Of a DNA stretch of 64,000 bases, positions 30,451 to 44,143 are shown piece by piece. This DNA is from an uncultured delta proteobacterium (lineage in GTDB: Bacteria > Desulfobacterota > Binatia > DP-6), in contig CAWFFN010000005.1 of the NCBI GenBank assembly GCA_963815115.1, positions 1,696,001 to 1,760,000 of the forward strand. The letters run 5' to 3'. Each line of letters opens with the position of its first letter. Position 1 is the stretch's first letter. The notes below the pieces were generated by a model. That model did no database searches. It saw only the letters and a list, made by a program, of their open reading frames with translations, and was not told the origin of the DNA. The position numbers and the translations under genes were made by a program.

Positions 30451-31485
30451 GTGAGGAGCAAGAAAGCACAGGAGAATGCGTCCGGCGGTGACGGGCTGCC
30501 GGTCCCACGGGTCGCGTACCCCGGGCTCATCGTCGGGCTCGCGCTCTTCACCGCTCTGCTGGTGGCGCACGGCGCGAGCGACGTCGCGGCGGCGCTCCGG
30601 ACGGCCGGCTTCGGCCTGGTCGCGGTGGCGGCCTACCACCTGCTGCCGATGCTCGTCGATTCGCTGGGCTGGCGCCGTCTGCTGCCCGCGGAGCTGCGGC
30701 CGCCCGTGCGGACCGTGCTCTGGGCGCGCTGGATCGGCGAGTCGGTGAACGGCCTGCTGCCGGTGCTCCAGGTCGGCGGCAACATCGTCAAGGCCGGGCT
30801 TCTCGCTCGCGCCGGCGTCGGCGGTCCGGTGGCGGGAGCCAGCGTCGTGGTCGACGTCACCCTGGTGATGCTCACCCAGGTGATCTTCACGCTGCTCGGG
30901 CTGGCGCTGCTCCTGCTCCATCTCGGCGGCCATCCCCTCGCGCTGCCCGTCGCCGTCGGTGTCGTCGTCATGGGGAGCATCGTGGCGGCGTTCTATGCCG
31001 CCCAGCGCCAGGGCGTCTTCGGCGCGCTCGCGCAGATACTCGCGAAGCTCGGGCGTGGCCGCTGGGTGTCCCTGGTCGCCGGCGGGGATGCCATCGACGC
31101 GTCGGTTGCGCTGCTCTATCGCCAGCATCGGACCATCGCGAGCGCCAGCGCATTGCATCTGATGAGCTGGATCGTGGGGGTCGGCGAGGTGTGGCTGGCA
31201 CTCTACTTCCTGGGGCACCCGGTGAGCCTGCCGTCCGCCGTCATGCTGGAGAGCCTGGGACAGGCCGTCCGCGCCGGGGCGTTCGCCGTGCCCGGTGCGC
31301 TCGGGGTGCAGGAGGGAGGATACGTGATGCTCGGCCGCGTGCTGGGGCTCGGCCCGGAGACCGCGCTCGCGCTGTCGCTCGCCAAGCGCGTGCGCGAGAT
31401 CCTCCTCGGCGTGCCCGGCCTGATTGCCTGGCAGCTCGACGTCGCCGCCAGGGAAGACGGGCGCCGGCAGGCGAGAAGCGCATGA
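30451..31485 (+). CDS. Lysylphosphatidylglycerol-synthase TM / HpnL-like flippase-domain protein
   Basis: RWIGESVNGLLP..QVGG, AFAVPGALGVQEGG, ALSLAKRVRE. Confidence 0.82.
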   Translation: MRSKKAQENASGGDGLPVPRVAYPGLIVGLALFTALLVAHGASDVAAALRTAGFGLVAVAAYHLLPMLVDSLGWRRLLPAELRPPVRTVLWARWIGESVNGLLPVLQVGGNIVKAGLLARAGVGGPVAGASVVVDVTLVMLTQVIFTLLGLALLLLHLGGHPLALPVAVGVVVMGSIVAAFYAAQRQGVFGALAQILAKLGRGRWVSLVAGGDAIDASVALLYRQHRTIASASALHLMSWIVGVGEVWLALYFLGHPVSLPSAVMLESLGQAVRAGAFAVPGALGVQEGGYVMLGRVLGLGPETALALSLAKRVREILLGVPGLIAWQLDVAAREDGRRQARSA

Positions 31486-32705
31486 GCGCGCCCGGCAGCG
31501 CGCTGGCGCGCGCCCTCAAGAGCGGCGGCCGGGTCATCCAGCGTGCGGGCCTCCCGCTCGTGCGCCTCGACGAGGAGCTCTTCCTCGATGAGGCACGCCA
31601 GCGGACCGGCCTCGACGACTTCGGCGATCCCAGATTCCACGAGCCATTGCGGCGCTTGATCGCGGACTACGACACCGAGGCGGAGCTCAGCCTCCTCGGA
31701 CGCATCGCCGCGCGTCAGGACACGATCCGGTTGCTGACCAACCGCCTTCGCATGGAGTGGGATCGCCGCCGGTACCCGGAGATCCGCGCGCAGCCGGTGC
31801 GTGGGCCGCTCTTCATCACGGGGCTGCCGCGCACCGGAACCACGTTGCTGCACGGGTTGCTGGCGCAGGATCCGGGGCACCGCGCGCCGCTCAACTGGGA
31901 GATGATGTTCCCCTCGCCGCCGCCCGATCGGTTGCACCACCACCACGACCCGCGCATCGCCGCGTCCGAGCGCCAGCTCCGCTGGTTCTACCGCCTCAAT
32001 CCCGCGTTCCGCCGCATCCATCCGCTCGCCGCCCGCTTGCCGGAGGAGTGCCTCATCATCACGAGCCACTCGTTCCTCAGCTTCCAGTTCCAGACCAGCC
32101 ATGACGTGCCGCGCTACCAGGCCTGGCTCGAGGCCCAGGATCTGCGCCCGTCCTACGAAGAGCATCGCAGCTTCCTGCAGCATCTCCAGTGGCGCTGGCG
32201 GGGCGAGCGCTGGGTGCTCAAAGCGCCGGCGCACCTCTTCGGCATCCGCGCGTTGCTCCAGGTGTATCCCGATGCGGGGGTCATCCTCACCCACCGCGAT
32301 CCGCTCGAGGTGGTCGGCTCGCTCGCCAGCCTCACCACCGCGCTCCGCAGCACGTTCAGCGACGAGGTCGACGCGGAGCGGGTCGGACCCGAGATGACGC
32401 GACGCTGGGCCGAAGGCCTGGATCGGGCGCTGCGGGTGCGCGACGAGGGCATCGTCTCCGCCGACCGGTTCTTCGACGTGCGCTACGTCGACCTGCTGCG
32501 GGATCCGTTCGGCACGGTGCGCCGCATCTACCGGCACTTCGACCTCGCCCTCACGCCCTGGGCCGAGGAGCGCATGCGCCGGTTCCTCGCCCAGCACCCG
32601 AAGGACAAGCACGGGCGCCACGGCTACACGCTGGCGGAGTTCGGCCTCGATCGCGACGAGGAAGCGGCGCGCTACCAGGCCTACCGCGAGCGCTTCGGGC
32701 TCTGA
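31482..32705 (+). CDS. Sulfotransferase family protein
   Basis: 5'-PSB FITGLPRTGTTLLH, WVLKAPAH, THRDP; ATGA overlap with upstream gene. Confidence 0.9.
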   Translation: MSAPGSALARALKSGGRVIQRAGLPLVRLDEELFLDEARQRTGLDDFGDPRFHEPLRRLIADYDTEAELSLLGRIAARQDTIRLLTNRLRMEWDRRRYPEIRAQPVRGPLFITGLPRTGTTLLHGLLAQDPGHRAPLNWEMMFPSPPPDRLHHHHDPRIAASERQLRWFYRLNPAFRRIHPLAARLPEECLIITSHSFLSFQFQTSHDVPRYQAWLEAQDLRPSYEEHRSFLQHLQWRWRGERWVLKAPAHLFGIRALLQVYPDAGVILTHRDPLEVVGSLASLTTALRSTFSDEVDAERVGPEMTRRWAEGLDRALRVRDEGIVSADRFFDVRYVDLLRDPFGTVRRIYRHFDLALTPWAEERMRRFLAQHPKDKHGRHGYTLAEFGLDRDEEAARYQAYRERFGL

Positions 32706-32728
32706 GCGTCTGCCCGGCCCAAGAGGGC

Positions 32729-32774
32729 TTGACGGGCGCGGGCCAGATTGCGTAGTAGTGCTACGTACTACGCA
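32729..32774 (+). promoter_or_regulatory. Promoter with 9-8-9 inverted-repeat operator
   Basis: TTGACG at 32729-34; TGCGTAGTA-gtgctacg-TACTACGCA at 32749-32774 overlapping the expected -10/+1 region. Confidence 0.65.
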
Positions 32775-32811
32775 CGGCGGCCGCGCCCTCGGCGGCCAAG
32801 GAGGCAGCTCG

Positions 32812-33894
32812 ATGGCAGCCGGAATGCAGACCACCGATCGCTATGCCCGCACCGCGGCCGGGGTGCAGTGGAACGTCCCCGGGACCTTCGAGACGACCTT
32901 CCGCTGGGAGTACCAGGACGGCCGCGACTCGCTGCTCAAGCTCTACGCCAAGGGCAAGCAGCGGCAGTGGGACGCCGACGACCGCATCGACTGGTCGCAG
33001 GACCTGGACCCGGAGAACCCCGAGCAGCTGCCGGACGAGTCGATCCCCATCTTCGGCTCGGCCCCGTTCGAGCGCCTGACGCCCGCCGAGCTCGCCAAGC
33101 TGCGCCGGCACTTCCAGGCGTGGCAGCTCTCGCAGTTCATGCACGGGGAGCAAGGGGCCCTCATCTGCACGGCGAAGATCGTGCAGCAGGTGCCGAGCAT
33201 CGACGCCAAGTTCTACGCGGCGACGCAGGTGATCGACGAGGCGCGCCACGTCGAGGCGTATTCCCGCCTCCTGCACGACAAGTTCGAGCTCGCCTATCCG
33301 ATCACGCCGACGCTCCAGCGCCTGCTCGACGACGTGCTCAGCGACTCGCGCTGGGACATGACGTACCTCGGCATGCAGGTCCTCATCGAGGGGCTCGCGC
33401 TCGCCGCCTTCGCGATGATCCGCGACCAGTCGCAGAACCCGCTCGCGGCGTCGGTGAACGCCTACGTGATGCAGGACGAGGCGCGCCACGTGGCCTTCGG
33501 CCGCTTCGCTCTGCGCGACTACTATCCGACCCTCAGCCAGGCCGAGCGCGACGAGCGCGAGGAGTTCGCAGTCGAGGCGTGCTATCTCATGCGCGACCGC
33601 TTCCAGGCCGAGGAGGTGTGGGAGACCCTCGGCCTGCCGGTCGCCGAGTGTGCCGCCCACATGCTCGAGTCCGGCTTCATGCAGCGCTATCGCTCCGCGC
33701 TCTTCAGCCGCATCGTGCCGGTGATCAAGGACATCGGGCTGTGGGGGCCGAAGATCCGCAAGGGCTACGAGCAGATGGGCATCCTCGGCTACGCCGACGT
33801 CGACCCGAGCACGCTCAGCGCGCGCGACGAGGAGGTGGCGCAGGAGTTCGATGCCCGGCGCGAGGAGGTCCTGCGGGTCGCTCGGGCGGGATGA
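32812..33894 (+). CDS. Ferritin-like diiron protein (AurF/N-oxygenase-related)
   Basis: HGEQGAL, DEARHVEAY, IEGLALAAF, second DEARHVAFG; AAGGAGG RBS. Confidence 0.88.
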   Translation: MAAGMQTTDRYARTAAGVQWNVPGTFETTFRWEYQDGRDSLLKLYAKGKQRQWDADDRIDWSQDLDPENPEQLPDESIPIFGSAPFERLTPAELAKLRRHFQAWQLSQFMHGEQGALICTAKIVQQVPSIDAKFYAATQVIDEARHVEAYSRLLHDKFELAYPITPTLQRLLDDVLSDSRWDMTYLGMQVLIEGLALAAFAMIRDQSQNPLAASVNAYVMQDEARHVAFGRFALRDYYPTLSQAERDEREEFAVEACYLMRDRFQAEEVWETLGLPVAECAAHMLESGFMQRYRSALFSRIVPVIKDIGLWGPKIRKGYEQMGILGYADVDPSTLSARDEEVAQEFDARREEVLRVARAG

Positions 33895-34646
33895 CGCGCA
33901 GGAAGCGCCTCAGGATGCGGGACCTGGAGCGGGCGACCGGCGTCGGCCGGGAGACCATCCGGTTCTACATCCGCGAAGGGCTGCTGCCGGAGCCGGAACG
34001 GCCCGGCCGCAACGTCGCCTGGTACGACGAGTCCTTCGTCGAGCGCATCGCGGTGGTGAAGGAGCTGCAGCGCAAGCGCTACCTGCCGCTGCACGCCATC
34101 AAGGCGCTGATCGCCAGCGAGACGCCGCCGTCGCGCGCGGAGGTGGAGACCCTGCAGGCGATCGACGGCACCCTCTACCCCGGGGCCGCTGCCGCTCCGA
34201 CCCGCGTGTCCGAGGTGGCCCGGCGGACCGGTCTGTCGCCGGGCGAGATCCGCCGGCTCGAGGAGATCGGAGCCATCGAGATCGCCGTGCGGCGCGGAAC
34301 GCAGTGGCTCGAGAGCGAAGCCGTCCGTTTCGTCGAGCGCTGGGCGGCGCTCCGCCGTGCCGGCTATGCCGATGCGCTGGGCTTCGGGCCGGACAAGCTC
34401 CGGGTCTACGTCGACTTCGTGCGCTGGCTCGCGCGCGAGGAGCTGCGCATCTTCGCCCACGGCGTGACCGGACGCGTCGATCGTGAGACCGCGGCCCGCA
34501 TGGCGGAGCAGGGCATCGACATCGTCAACGAGCTCATCGGATCGATGCGCAAGGCGACGCTGCTGCGGTACATCGCCGAGGGGAACCTGCCGGAGGCCGC
34601 CTCGGTGCCCAGCCCGGTCCGCGCCGCGCGCGGGCCCCGCTCGTAG
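33891..34646 (+). CDS. MerR-family transcriptional regulator
   Basis: LRMRDLERATGVGRETIRFYIREGLLP...YLPLHAIK; second HTH-like segment. Confidence 0.88.
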   Translation: MTRRKRLRMRDLERATGVGRETIRFYIREGLLPEPERPGRNVAWYDESFVERIAVVKELQRKRYLPLHAIKALIASETPPSRAEVETLQAIDGTLYPGAAAAPTRVSEVARRTGLSPGEIRRLEEIGAIEIAVRRGTQWLESEAVRFVERWAALRRAGYADALGFGPDKLRVYVDFVRWLAREELRIFAHGVTGRVDRETAARMAEQGIDIVNELIGSMRKATLLRYIAEGNLPEAASVPSPVRAARGPRS

Positions 34647-34698
34647 CGTCCGTCCCGTCGACGGCGCTCGGATGGCCGGCGGCCCGACGGGAGAGTCG

Positions 34699-35616
34699 AT
34701 GCGTGAGGCGCCGTTGCCGCGCTTCGTCGTCTTCGGCGAGGCGCTCACCGATCTGCTGCGACAGGACGACGGCGTCCACTGGCTCGGGCGGCCGGGCGGC
34801 TCACCGTGGAACCTGGCGCGCGTCGCGGCGCGGCTCGGCATCGCCACGGGCTTCGCCGGCGCGGTGAGCCGGGACGTCTTCGGCGCGGAGATCCGCCAGC
34901 GCAGCGTGGAAGCCGGCCTCGATTCGCGTTTCCTGCAGCAGGTCGATCGCTCGCCGCTGCTGGCGTTCGTCTCCTCGACCCGGCCGCCGCGCTACTTCTT
35001 CGTCGGCGACGACAGCGCGGACCTTCATTTCGCGCCCGATCGCCTTCCGCGCGGCTGGATGGAAGCGGCGCACGTGGTCCACTTCGGCTCGATCAGCCTC
35101 GCGCGCGAGCCACTCGCCGGGCGGCTCGTGGCGCTGGCCGAGCGCTGCCGCGCCGCCGACCTGCGCATCACCTTCGACCCGAACCACCGCGTCGCCATGG
35201 GGAGGGAGTACGGCGAGACGTTCGAGCGCATGGTCCGGCTCGCGGACCTGGTGAAGCTGTCCGACGAGGACCTGGCCCAGCTCCTGCCCGGGCGTTCCGC
35301 CGACGGGGCTCTCGCGATGCTGCGGGCGTGGAACCCGCACGCGCTCGTGCTCTACACCTGCGGGAGTGCCGGCATGCGGCTCCTCACCCCCACCGCGACC
35401 CATGTCCGGCCGGCGTTCCCGGTGACGGTGGCCGACCCGGTCGGCGCCGGGGACGCCTGTCTCGGGGGCTGGGTGGCGAGCTGGCTGGCGCGCCCGACCG
35501 CGCCGCCGACGGCGCACCTCGCCTTCGCCGCCGCGACGGCGGCAGCGGCGTGCCGCCACCCGGGAGCGTACGCACCGAGCCGGGAGGAGGTCGAGGACGT
35601 GCTGGCGCGATCATGA
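34699..35616 (+). CDS. PfkB-family carbohydrate kinase (fructokinase-like)
   Basis: FGEALTD, PGGSPWN, FDPNHR, KLSDED, DPVGAGDA. Confidence 0.9.
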   Translation: MREAPLPRFVVFGEALTDLLRQDDGVHWLGRPGGSPWNLARVAARLGIATGFAGAVSRDVFGAEIRQRSVEAGLDSRFLQQVDRSPLLAFVSSTRPPRYFFVGDDSADLHFAPDRLPRGWMEAAHVVHFGSISLAREPLAGRLVALAERCRAADLRITFDPNHRVAMGREYGETFERMVRLADLVKLSDEDLAQLLPGRSADGALAMLRAWNPHALVLYTCGSAGMRLLTPTATHVRPAFPVTVADPVGAGDACLGGWVASWLARPTAPPTAHLAFAAATAAAACRHPGAYAPSREEVEDVLARS

Positions 35617-36806
35617 TCGTGCCCGATTTCCGCAGCCGCGCCTTCCTCGTGGACCACGTCCGCCAGACGATGGCCTTCTACCATCCGCGCTGCGTCGACC
35701 GCAGCGGCGGGTTCTTTCACTTCCTGCGTGACGACGGGACGGTGTACGACGCCCACACCCGTCACCTCGTCTCCAGCACGCGCTTCGTCGTCAACTTCGC
35801 GATGGCGTGGAGGCACCTCCGCGAGCCGCGCTGGGCCGAGGCGCTGGAGCACGGCATCACCTTCCTGCGCGACGTCCATCGCGACCCACGGACCGGCGGC
35901 TACACCTGGGTGCTGTCCTGGGAGGCGGGGCGGGCGACGCCCATCGACGCCACCAACCACTGCTACGGTCTCGCCTTCGTCGTGCTGGCCTATGCCCACG
36001 CGCTCCTTGCCGGCGTCGAGGAGGCGCGCGGCCACCTCGACGAGACGATCGCCCTGCTCGAGGCGCGATTCTGGGAGGAGGCGGCCGGGCTCTATGCCGA
36101 CGAGGCGAGCGCCGACTGGACCGTACTCGCGCCGTACCGGGGTCAGAACGCGAACATGCACGCCTGCGAGGCCATGCTCGCCGCGTGGGAGGCGACCGGT
36201 GACGTGCGCCATCTCGACCGCGCCGAGACGCTCGCGCGCAACGTCACCATGCGGCAGGCGGCACTCGCGGGCGGCCTCGTGTGGGAGCACTACCACCCCG
36301 GCTGGACCGTCGACTGGGAGTACAACCGCCACGACCGATCGAACTTCTTCCGTCCCTGGGGATACCAGCCGGGCCACCTGGCGGAGTGGGCCAAGCTCCT
36401 CCTGATCCTCGACCGGCACCGGCCCGCCGACTGGCTGCTGCCTCGCGCGGTGGCGCTCTTCGGCGCGGCGCTGGAGCGCGGCTGGGACGCCCGGCACGGC
36501 GGCGTCGTGTATGGCGTCGCCCCCGACGGCGCCGTCTGCGACGACGACAAGTACTTCTGGGTGCAGGCCGAGTCGCTCGCGGCCGCGGCGCTGCTCGCAG
36601 CGCACACCGGCGCGACCGAGTACTGGGAGTGGTACGATCGCATCTGGGCCTACTGCTGGGAGCACTTCGTGGACCACCGCCATGGCGCGTGGTACCGCAT
36701 CCTGACGCGCGACAACCGCAAGTACTCGGACGAGAAGAGCCCGGCGGGGAAGGTGGACTACCACACCATGGGCGCGTGCTGGGAGGTCCTGAACGTCGTG
36801 CCGTGA
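35613..36806 (+). CDS. AGE-family epimerase/isomerase (D-mannose isomerase-like)
   Basis: RHLVSSTRF, YRGQNANMHACEA, GYQPGH, KYFWVQAES, GKVDYHTMGAC. Confidence 0.9.
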   Translation: MIVPDFRSRAFLVDHVRQTMAFYHPRCVDRSGGFFHFLRDDGTVYDAHTRHLVSSTRFVVNFAMAWRHLREPRWAEALEHGITFLRDVHRDPRTGGYTWVLSWEAGRATPIDATNHCYGLAFVVLAYAHALLAGVEEARGHLDETIALLEARFWEEAAGLYADEASADWTVLAPYRGQNANMHACEAMLAAWEATGDVRHLDRAETLARNVTMRQAALAGGLVWEHYHPGWTVDWEYNRHDRSNFFRPWGYQPGHLAEWAKLLLILDRHRPADWLLPRAVALFGAALERGWDARHGGVVYGVAPDGAVCDDDKYFWVQAESLAAAALLAAHTGATEYWEWYDRIWAYCWEHFVDHRHGAWYRILTRDNRKYSDEKSPAGKVDYHTMGACWEVLNVVP

Positions 36807-36953
36807 CGAGGGGCGCGGCTGCCCTGCCGCGCGCCGGTCGTTGCATGCCCGAAACGGTCCCGCCGGATGGGGGGCCGATGAGCGGCACGGCCCCCGTCGC
36901 CGAAGCCTGACACGGCGGATGAATTGCGCTAGAGAGCGCCGCGTGAGGACGAC

Positions 36954-38376
<1,423 letters not shown>

Positions 38377-38420
38377 GGCGCGGTGAAGGCGCCCTGATGC
38401 GGGCGGCAAGCACGGATAAT

Positions 38421-38448
38421 TTGACTCCTTCGGCTCGCGATCTACGCT
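38421..38448 (+). promoter_or_regulatory. Sigma70-type promoter of sdhCAB
   Basis: TTGACT-N16-TACGCT, 17 nt before the sdhC ATG. Confidence 0.45.
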
Positions 38449-38465
38449 GAGGCAGGAAGGGTTTC

Positions 38466-39128
38466 ATGGGCGCGCCGCGGACGTTTCTCGGCTCCACAAT
38501 CGGCAAGAAGGTCGTCATGGCCGCCAGCGGGACGATCCTCGCGGGCTTCGTGCTCGCCCACATGCTCGGGAACCTGCAGCTCTATCTCGGAGCGGAAGCC
38601 CTCGACGCGTACTCCGTGGCCCTGCGCGAGGTCCTGCACGGGGCCGGCCTGTGGATCGCTCGGGCCGTCCTGCTCTCGGCGCTCGTGCTGCACGTCTGGG
38701 CAGCCGCGTCGCTGACGCTCGCCGATCGCGCCGCCCGTCCCGTCGGCTACCGCGAGTGGGAGCCGCGCGAGTCGACCTATGCCTCGCGAACGATGCGCTG
38801 GAGCGGCGTGCTGCTGTTCGCCTTCGTGATCTACCACCTCCTCGATTTCACCTTCGGCACGGTCAATCCGAGCTTCCAGGACCGAAACGTCTTCCACAAC
38901 GTGGTGGCGAGCTTCCGGGTGGTGCCGGTCGCGATGCTCTACATCGCCGCGATGCTGCTCCTGTGGCTGCACCTGCGTCACGGGATGTGGAGCATGCTGC
39001 GCACGCTCGGCCTCGGCCACCCGCGCTACGAGCGCATCGCCCATCGCTTCGCGGCGGGCTTCGCGACGGTGGTGGTGGCGGGCAACGTGTCGTTCCCGCT
39101 CGCGGTGCTGTTCGGATTCGTCAGGTAG
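38466..39128 (+). CDS. sdhC: Succinate dehydrogenase/fumarate reductase cytochrome b subunit
   Basis: [26 protein letters not shown]; five TM helices. Confidence 0.92.
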   Translation: MGAPRTFLGSTIGKKVVMAASGTILAGFVLAHMLGNLQLYLGAEALDAYSVALREVLHGAGLWIARAVLLSALVLHVWAAASLTLADRAARPVGYREWEPRESTYASRTMRWSGVLLFAFVIYHLLDFTFGTVNPSFQDRNVFHNVVASFRVVPVAMLYIAAMLLLWLHLRHGMWSMLRTLGLGHPRYERIAHRFAAGFATVVVAGNVSFPLAVLFGFVR

Positions 39129-39135
39129 CCCGGGC

Positions 39136-41831
<2,696 letters not shown>

Positions 41832-41841
41832 CGGCGGGCGG

Positions 41842-42414
41842 CTACGAGCGCGGGCGGCGCCGCGCCGGCTTCCGGCGTTTGGCGGCGTGCGGCTTCGCTG
41901 CGCGTGCCTTGCCGGCAGCGCTCGCCCTCGGGGGCGGCATGCGAATCGCCTGCGGGCGAGGCGGCTCGTCGGACGGCGTCAGCTCCTTCCAGTCGAGGTA
42001 GCGCTGGATGCCCGCGGCGCACAGCCGCCAGGCGATGTCGAGCACGAGGGCATCGTCGGCGGTGCCGGCCCGCGGGATGAAGTCGGGGATCACGTCCATC
42101 GGCTCGAGATAGTAGAAGAGGGCGGTCGTCAGAATGCTGACGGTCTGGTACGGAATCTGCGGACACGAGGCGCGCGCGTGATCCGCGAGCAGATGGAGCG
42201 CGACCCGCGCACGCTGCGCCAGGACCGGATGGACGGCCCGCTCCCCGCTCAGGCGCTCCCGGACCCGATCGCTCTGGGCGAGCAGGGCCGTGACGTCGGC
42301 GGGCGCGATGATCGCGGCGCGCGTGAGGAGATGTCGCTCGAAGTCCTCCGGCGTCAGGAGCGCGGTGGTGCGAGGGGCCCCCGAGGTGCGGCTGTGAGGC
42401 AGCGTGCGGGCCAT
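41842..42414 (-). CDS. YkvA/DUF1232 family protein
   Basis: ALFYYLEPMDVIPDFIPRAGTADDALV; basic C-terminal tail. Confidence 0.85.
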   Translation of the reverse strand: MARTLPHSRTSGAPRTTALLTPEDFERHLLTRAAIIAPADVTALLAQSDRVRERLSGERAVHPVLAQRARVALHLLADHARASCPQIPYQTVSILTTALFYYLEPMDVIPDFIPRAGTADDALVLDIAWRLCAAGIQRYLDWKELTPSDEPPRPQAIRMPPPRASAAGKARAAKPHAAKRRKPARRRPRS

Positions 42415-42602
42415 CGCGGGTCACAAGCACTGTTCCTGCGTTGCAGTCAACTGCCCCGGCAGGCCGGACCATGGCCGGTAGCGCACTCCTCCGGTGCGGA
42501 GCAGGGGATCTGCAGCCGGCATGGCGGCGTCGAGTCGTGGACCGATCGGCCACGGTAGCGAGCGGCTGGGCAAGCCGGCGGCGCCCCGCGCGGGGCGCCG
42601 CC

Positions 42603-43556
42603 TCAGTGCCAGACGTCGTTCAGGACCATCGCGAGGCGCGCCCCCGCCTTTGCCAGCTGCTCCTCGACCACGGGGATCGCGGCGTCGGCATAGGCCTGCT
42701 CCAGCTCCTCGTGATAGGTGCGCCAGTGGTCGGAGATGTGCTCCTCGTCGCATCGGGCCACGTCGCCGGATTCGACAGGTAGCGGAACGGGAAGCTTGCC
42801 GTAGACCACCTCGTCGGCGATCCGGTTGCTCTCCTGGGCCCATGTCACCGGGGTGCCGCGCTGCCACGAGGCGAATCGATCGGCGAAGCGAGCGTCGAGC
42901 GTCTGTGCATACTGCTGCACCGTCGCGCCCGCCATCGCCTTCTTGACCAGATCCGTGTCCCATACCGAGTGCAGATTCGGCCGCCAGTCGCCGTGGCTGG
43001 ACTGCGGGTCGGGGTGCGCCCGCTGCGCGAAGAAGTCGACGGGGACACAGTTGCCGCCGCGGTCCCGGTTGGTCGTGCAGTGGAGGGGCTGGTGCACGTC
43101 GCCGACGAAGTGCACCACGTACATGAGGGCGTTCGCGCGCTCCTGTCCGGGCCGGCGCGTGTCTTCGAGGACGTGAAGCTGATCCGTGATCGCGGACGTC
43201 ACGCAGCCGGCCGGTGGGCAGAACGGCGCCGCCGGACTCGTGGCGCTCGTGCCTCGCGGGATGTCGAGGAAGTGCCACGGAGCGGTCGTCGGCACGACGC
43301 TGCGGACGTCGTCGGCCCACGTCGACACGTTGGCGAGGGGCTCGAGGTCCCTCACGTTGCATCTCCGCGACACGAAGATCACGGCCGACGGCTGCCCGAT
43401 GAGGGCCGTGACCTGGTGCGTCGCCGCCGGATGGAGATGGCGGCTCGCGATGTACGCGACGATCTCGTGGCCGTCGCAGCCCCACGGCCAGGCCGGCCGG
43501 GCCGCCAGATCGAGCACCAAGCCGAGGAGGGTCAGCGCCGCACGGATGCCGCCCAC
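42603..43556 (-). CDS. Secreted S1/P1 nuclease
   Basis: Signal peptide then WGCDGH, WADDVR, WHFLD, HFVGDVHQPLH, NLHSVWD, QLAKAGARLA; GGAG RBS before GTG 43556. Confidence 0.92.
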   Translation of the reverse strand: MGGIRAALTLLGLVLDLAARPAWPWGCDGHEIVAYIASRHLHPAATHQVTALIGQPSAVIFVSRRCNVRDLEPLANVSTWADDVRSVVPTTAPWHFLDIPRGTSATSPAAPFCPPAGCVTSAITDQLHVLEDTRRPGQERANALMYVVHFVGDVHQPLHCTTNRDRGGNCVPVDFFAQRAHPDPQSSHGDWRPNLHSVWDTDLVKKAMAGATVQQYAQTLDARFADRFASWQRGTPVTWAQESNRIADEVVYGKLPVPLPVESGDVARCDEEHISDHWRTYHEELEQAYADAAIPVVEEQLAKAGARLAMVLNDVWH

Positions 43557-43560
43557 CCGG

Positions 43561-43971
43561 TCACTCCCGCACCGGGACCACGGCGACGTCGATCGTCGCC
43601 GTCGTGCCCCCACCGGTCAGCACCGCGTTGTGGGTATCGCTCACGAAGAGCAGGCGGTCGCGTGTGCGGATGCGCGCCGACACCGTGTAACGATGGCCGG
43701 CTCGCAGGGTCGCCGGGTCGTACCGCATCGCGAAGCGGAACGGCGGCTGCCGTCCCTGGGTGGGGATCTCCTGGCGCGCGAGAACGATCGCCGGCGCGTC
43801 CGCGCGTGACACGTCGAGGAGCTGCACCTCGACGACGGCGTCCGGTGGCAGCGTCATGCGCTCCGGCGGGCGGACGGTCCCCGCGACCGTGGCGGCCGGG
43901 AGCTGCGGTCCGCGTCCGGTGCAGGCGACCGCGAGCAGCAGGCCGAGGACGACGGCGTCGGGTGCCGTCAC
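43561..43971 (-). CDS. YbaY family lipoprotein (start uncertain)
   Basis: LAVAC lipobox, LPPDAVVEVQLLDVSRADAP, PPFRFAMRYD, YTVSARI. Confidence 0.85.
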   Translation of the reverse strand: MTAPDAVVLGLLLAVACTGRGPQLPAATVAGTVRPPERMTLPPDAVVEVQLLDVSRADAPAIVLARQEIPTQGRQPPFRFAMRYDPATLRAGHRYTVSARIRTRDRLLFVSDTHNAVLTGGGTTATIDVAVVPVRE

Positions 43972-44143
43972 GAGCCTCGCGTTCCGACGACGGGCGCGAG
44001 CGGGCAGCGCGGGTGGCGTGACGCTCCTCGACAAGGTCGCGCGGGCCGTATCATTCGCTCCGGTACGTCGCAAGGCGGCGGAGCGCGAGTGCAGGCCGGC
44101 GGCCGGTTGAATCCATGCAGGCGAGTGGTCTACTTCCGGCCCC

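Noticed and set aside
42577-42602. Perfect 26-bp palindrome GGCGGCGCCCCGCGCGGGGCGCCGCC
   Set aside because: Single copy, all G/C, directly after the S1/P1 stop; at most a terminator or stability hairpin, not a repeat family
42603-43556. S1/P1 nuclease, ParB-like and SLOG genes as an anti-phage defence system
   Set aside because: They are far apart in unrelated contexts, and the nuclease has a signal peptide consistent with nutrient scavenging
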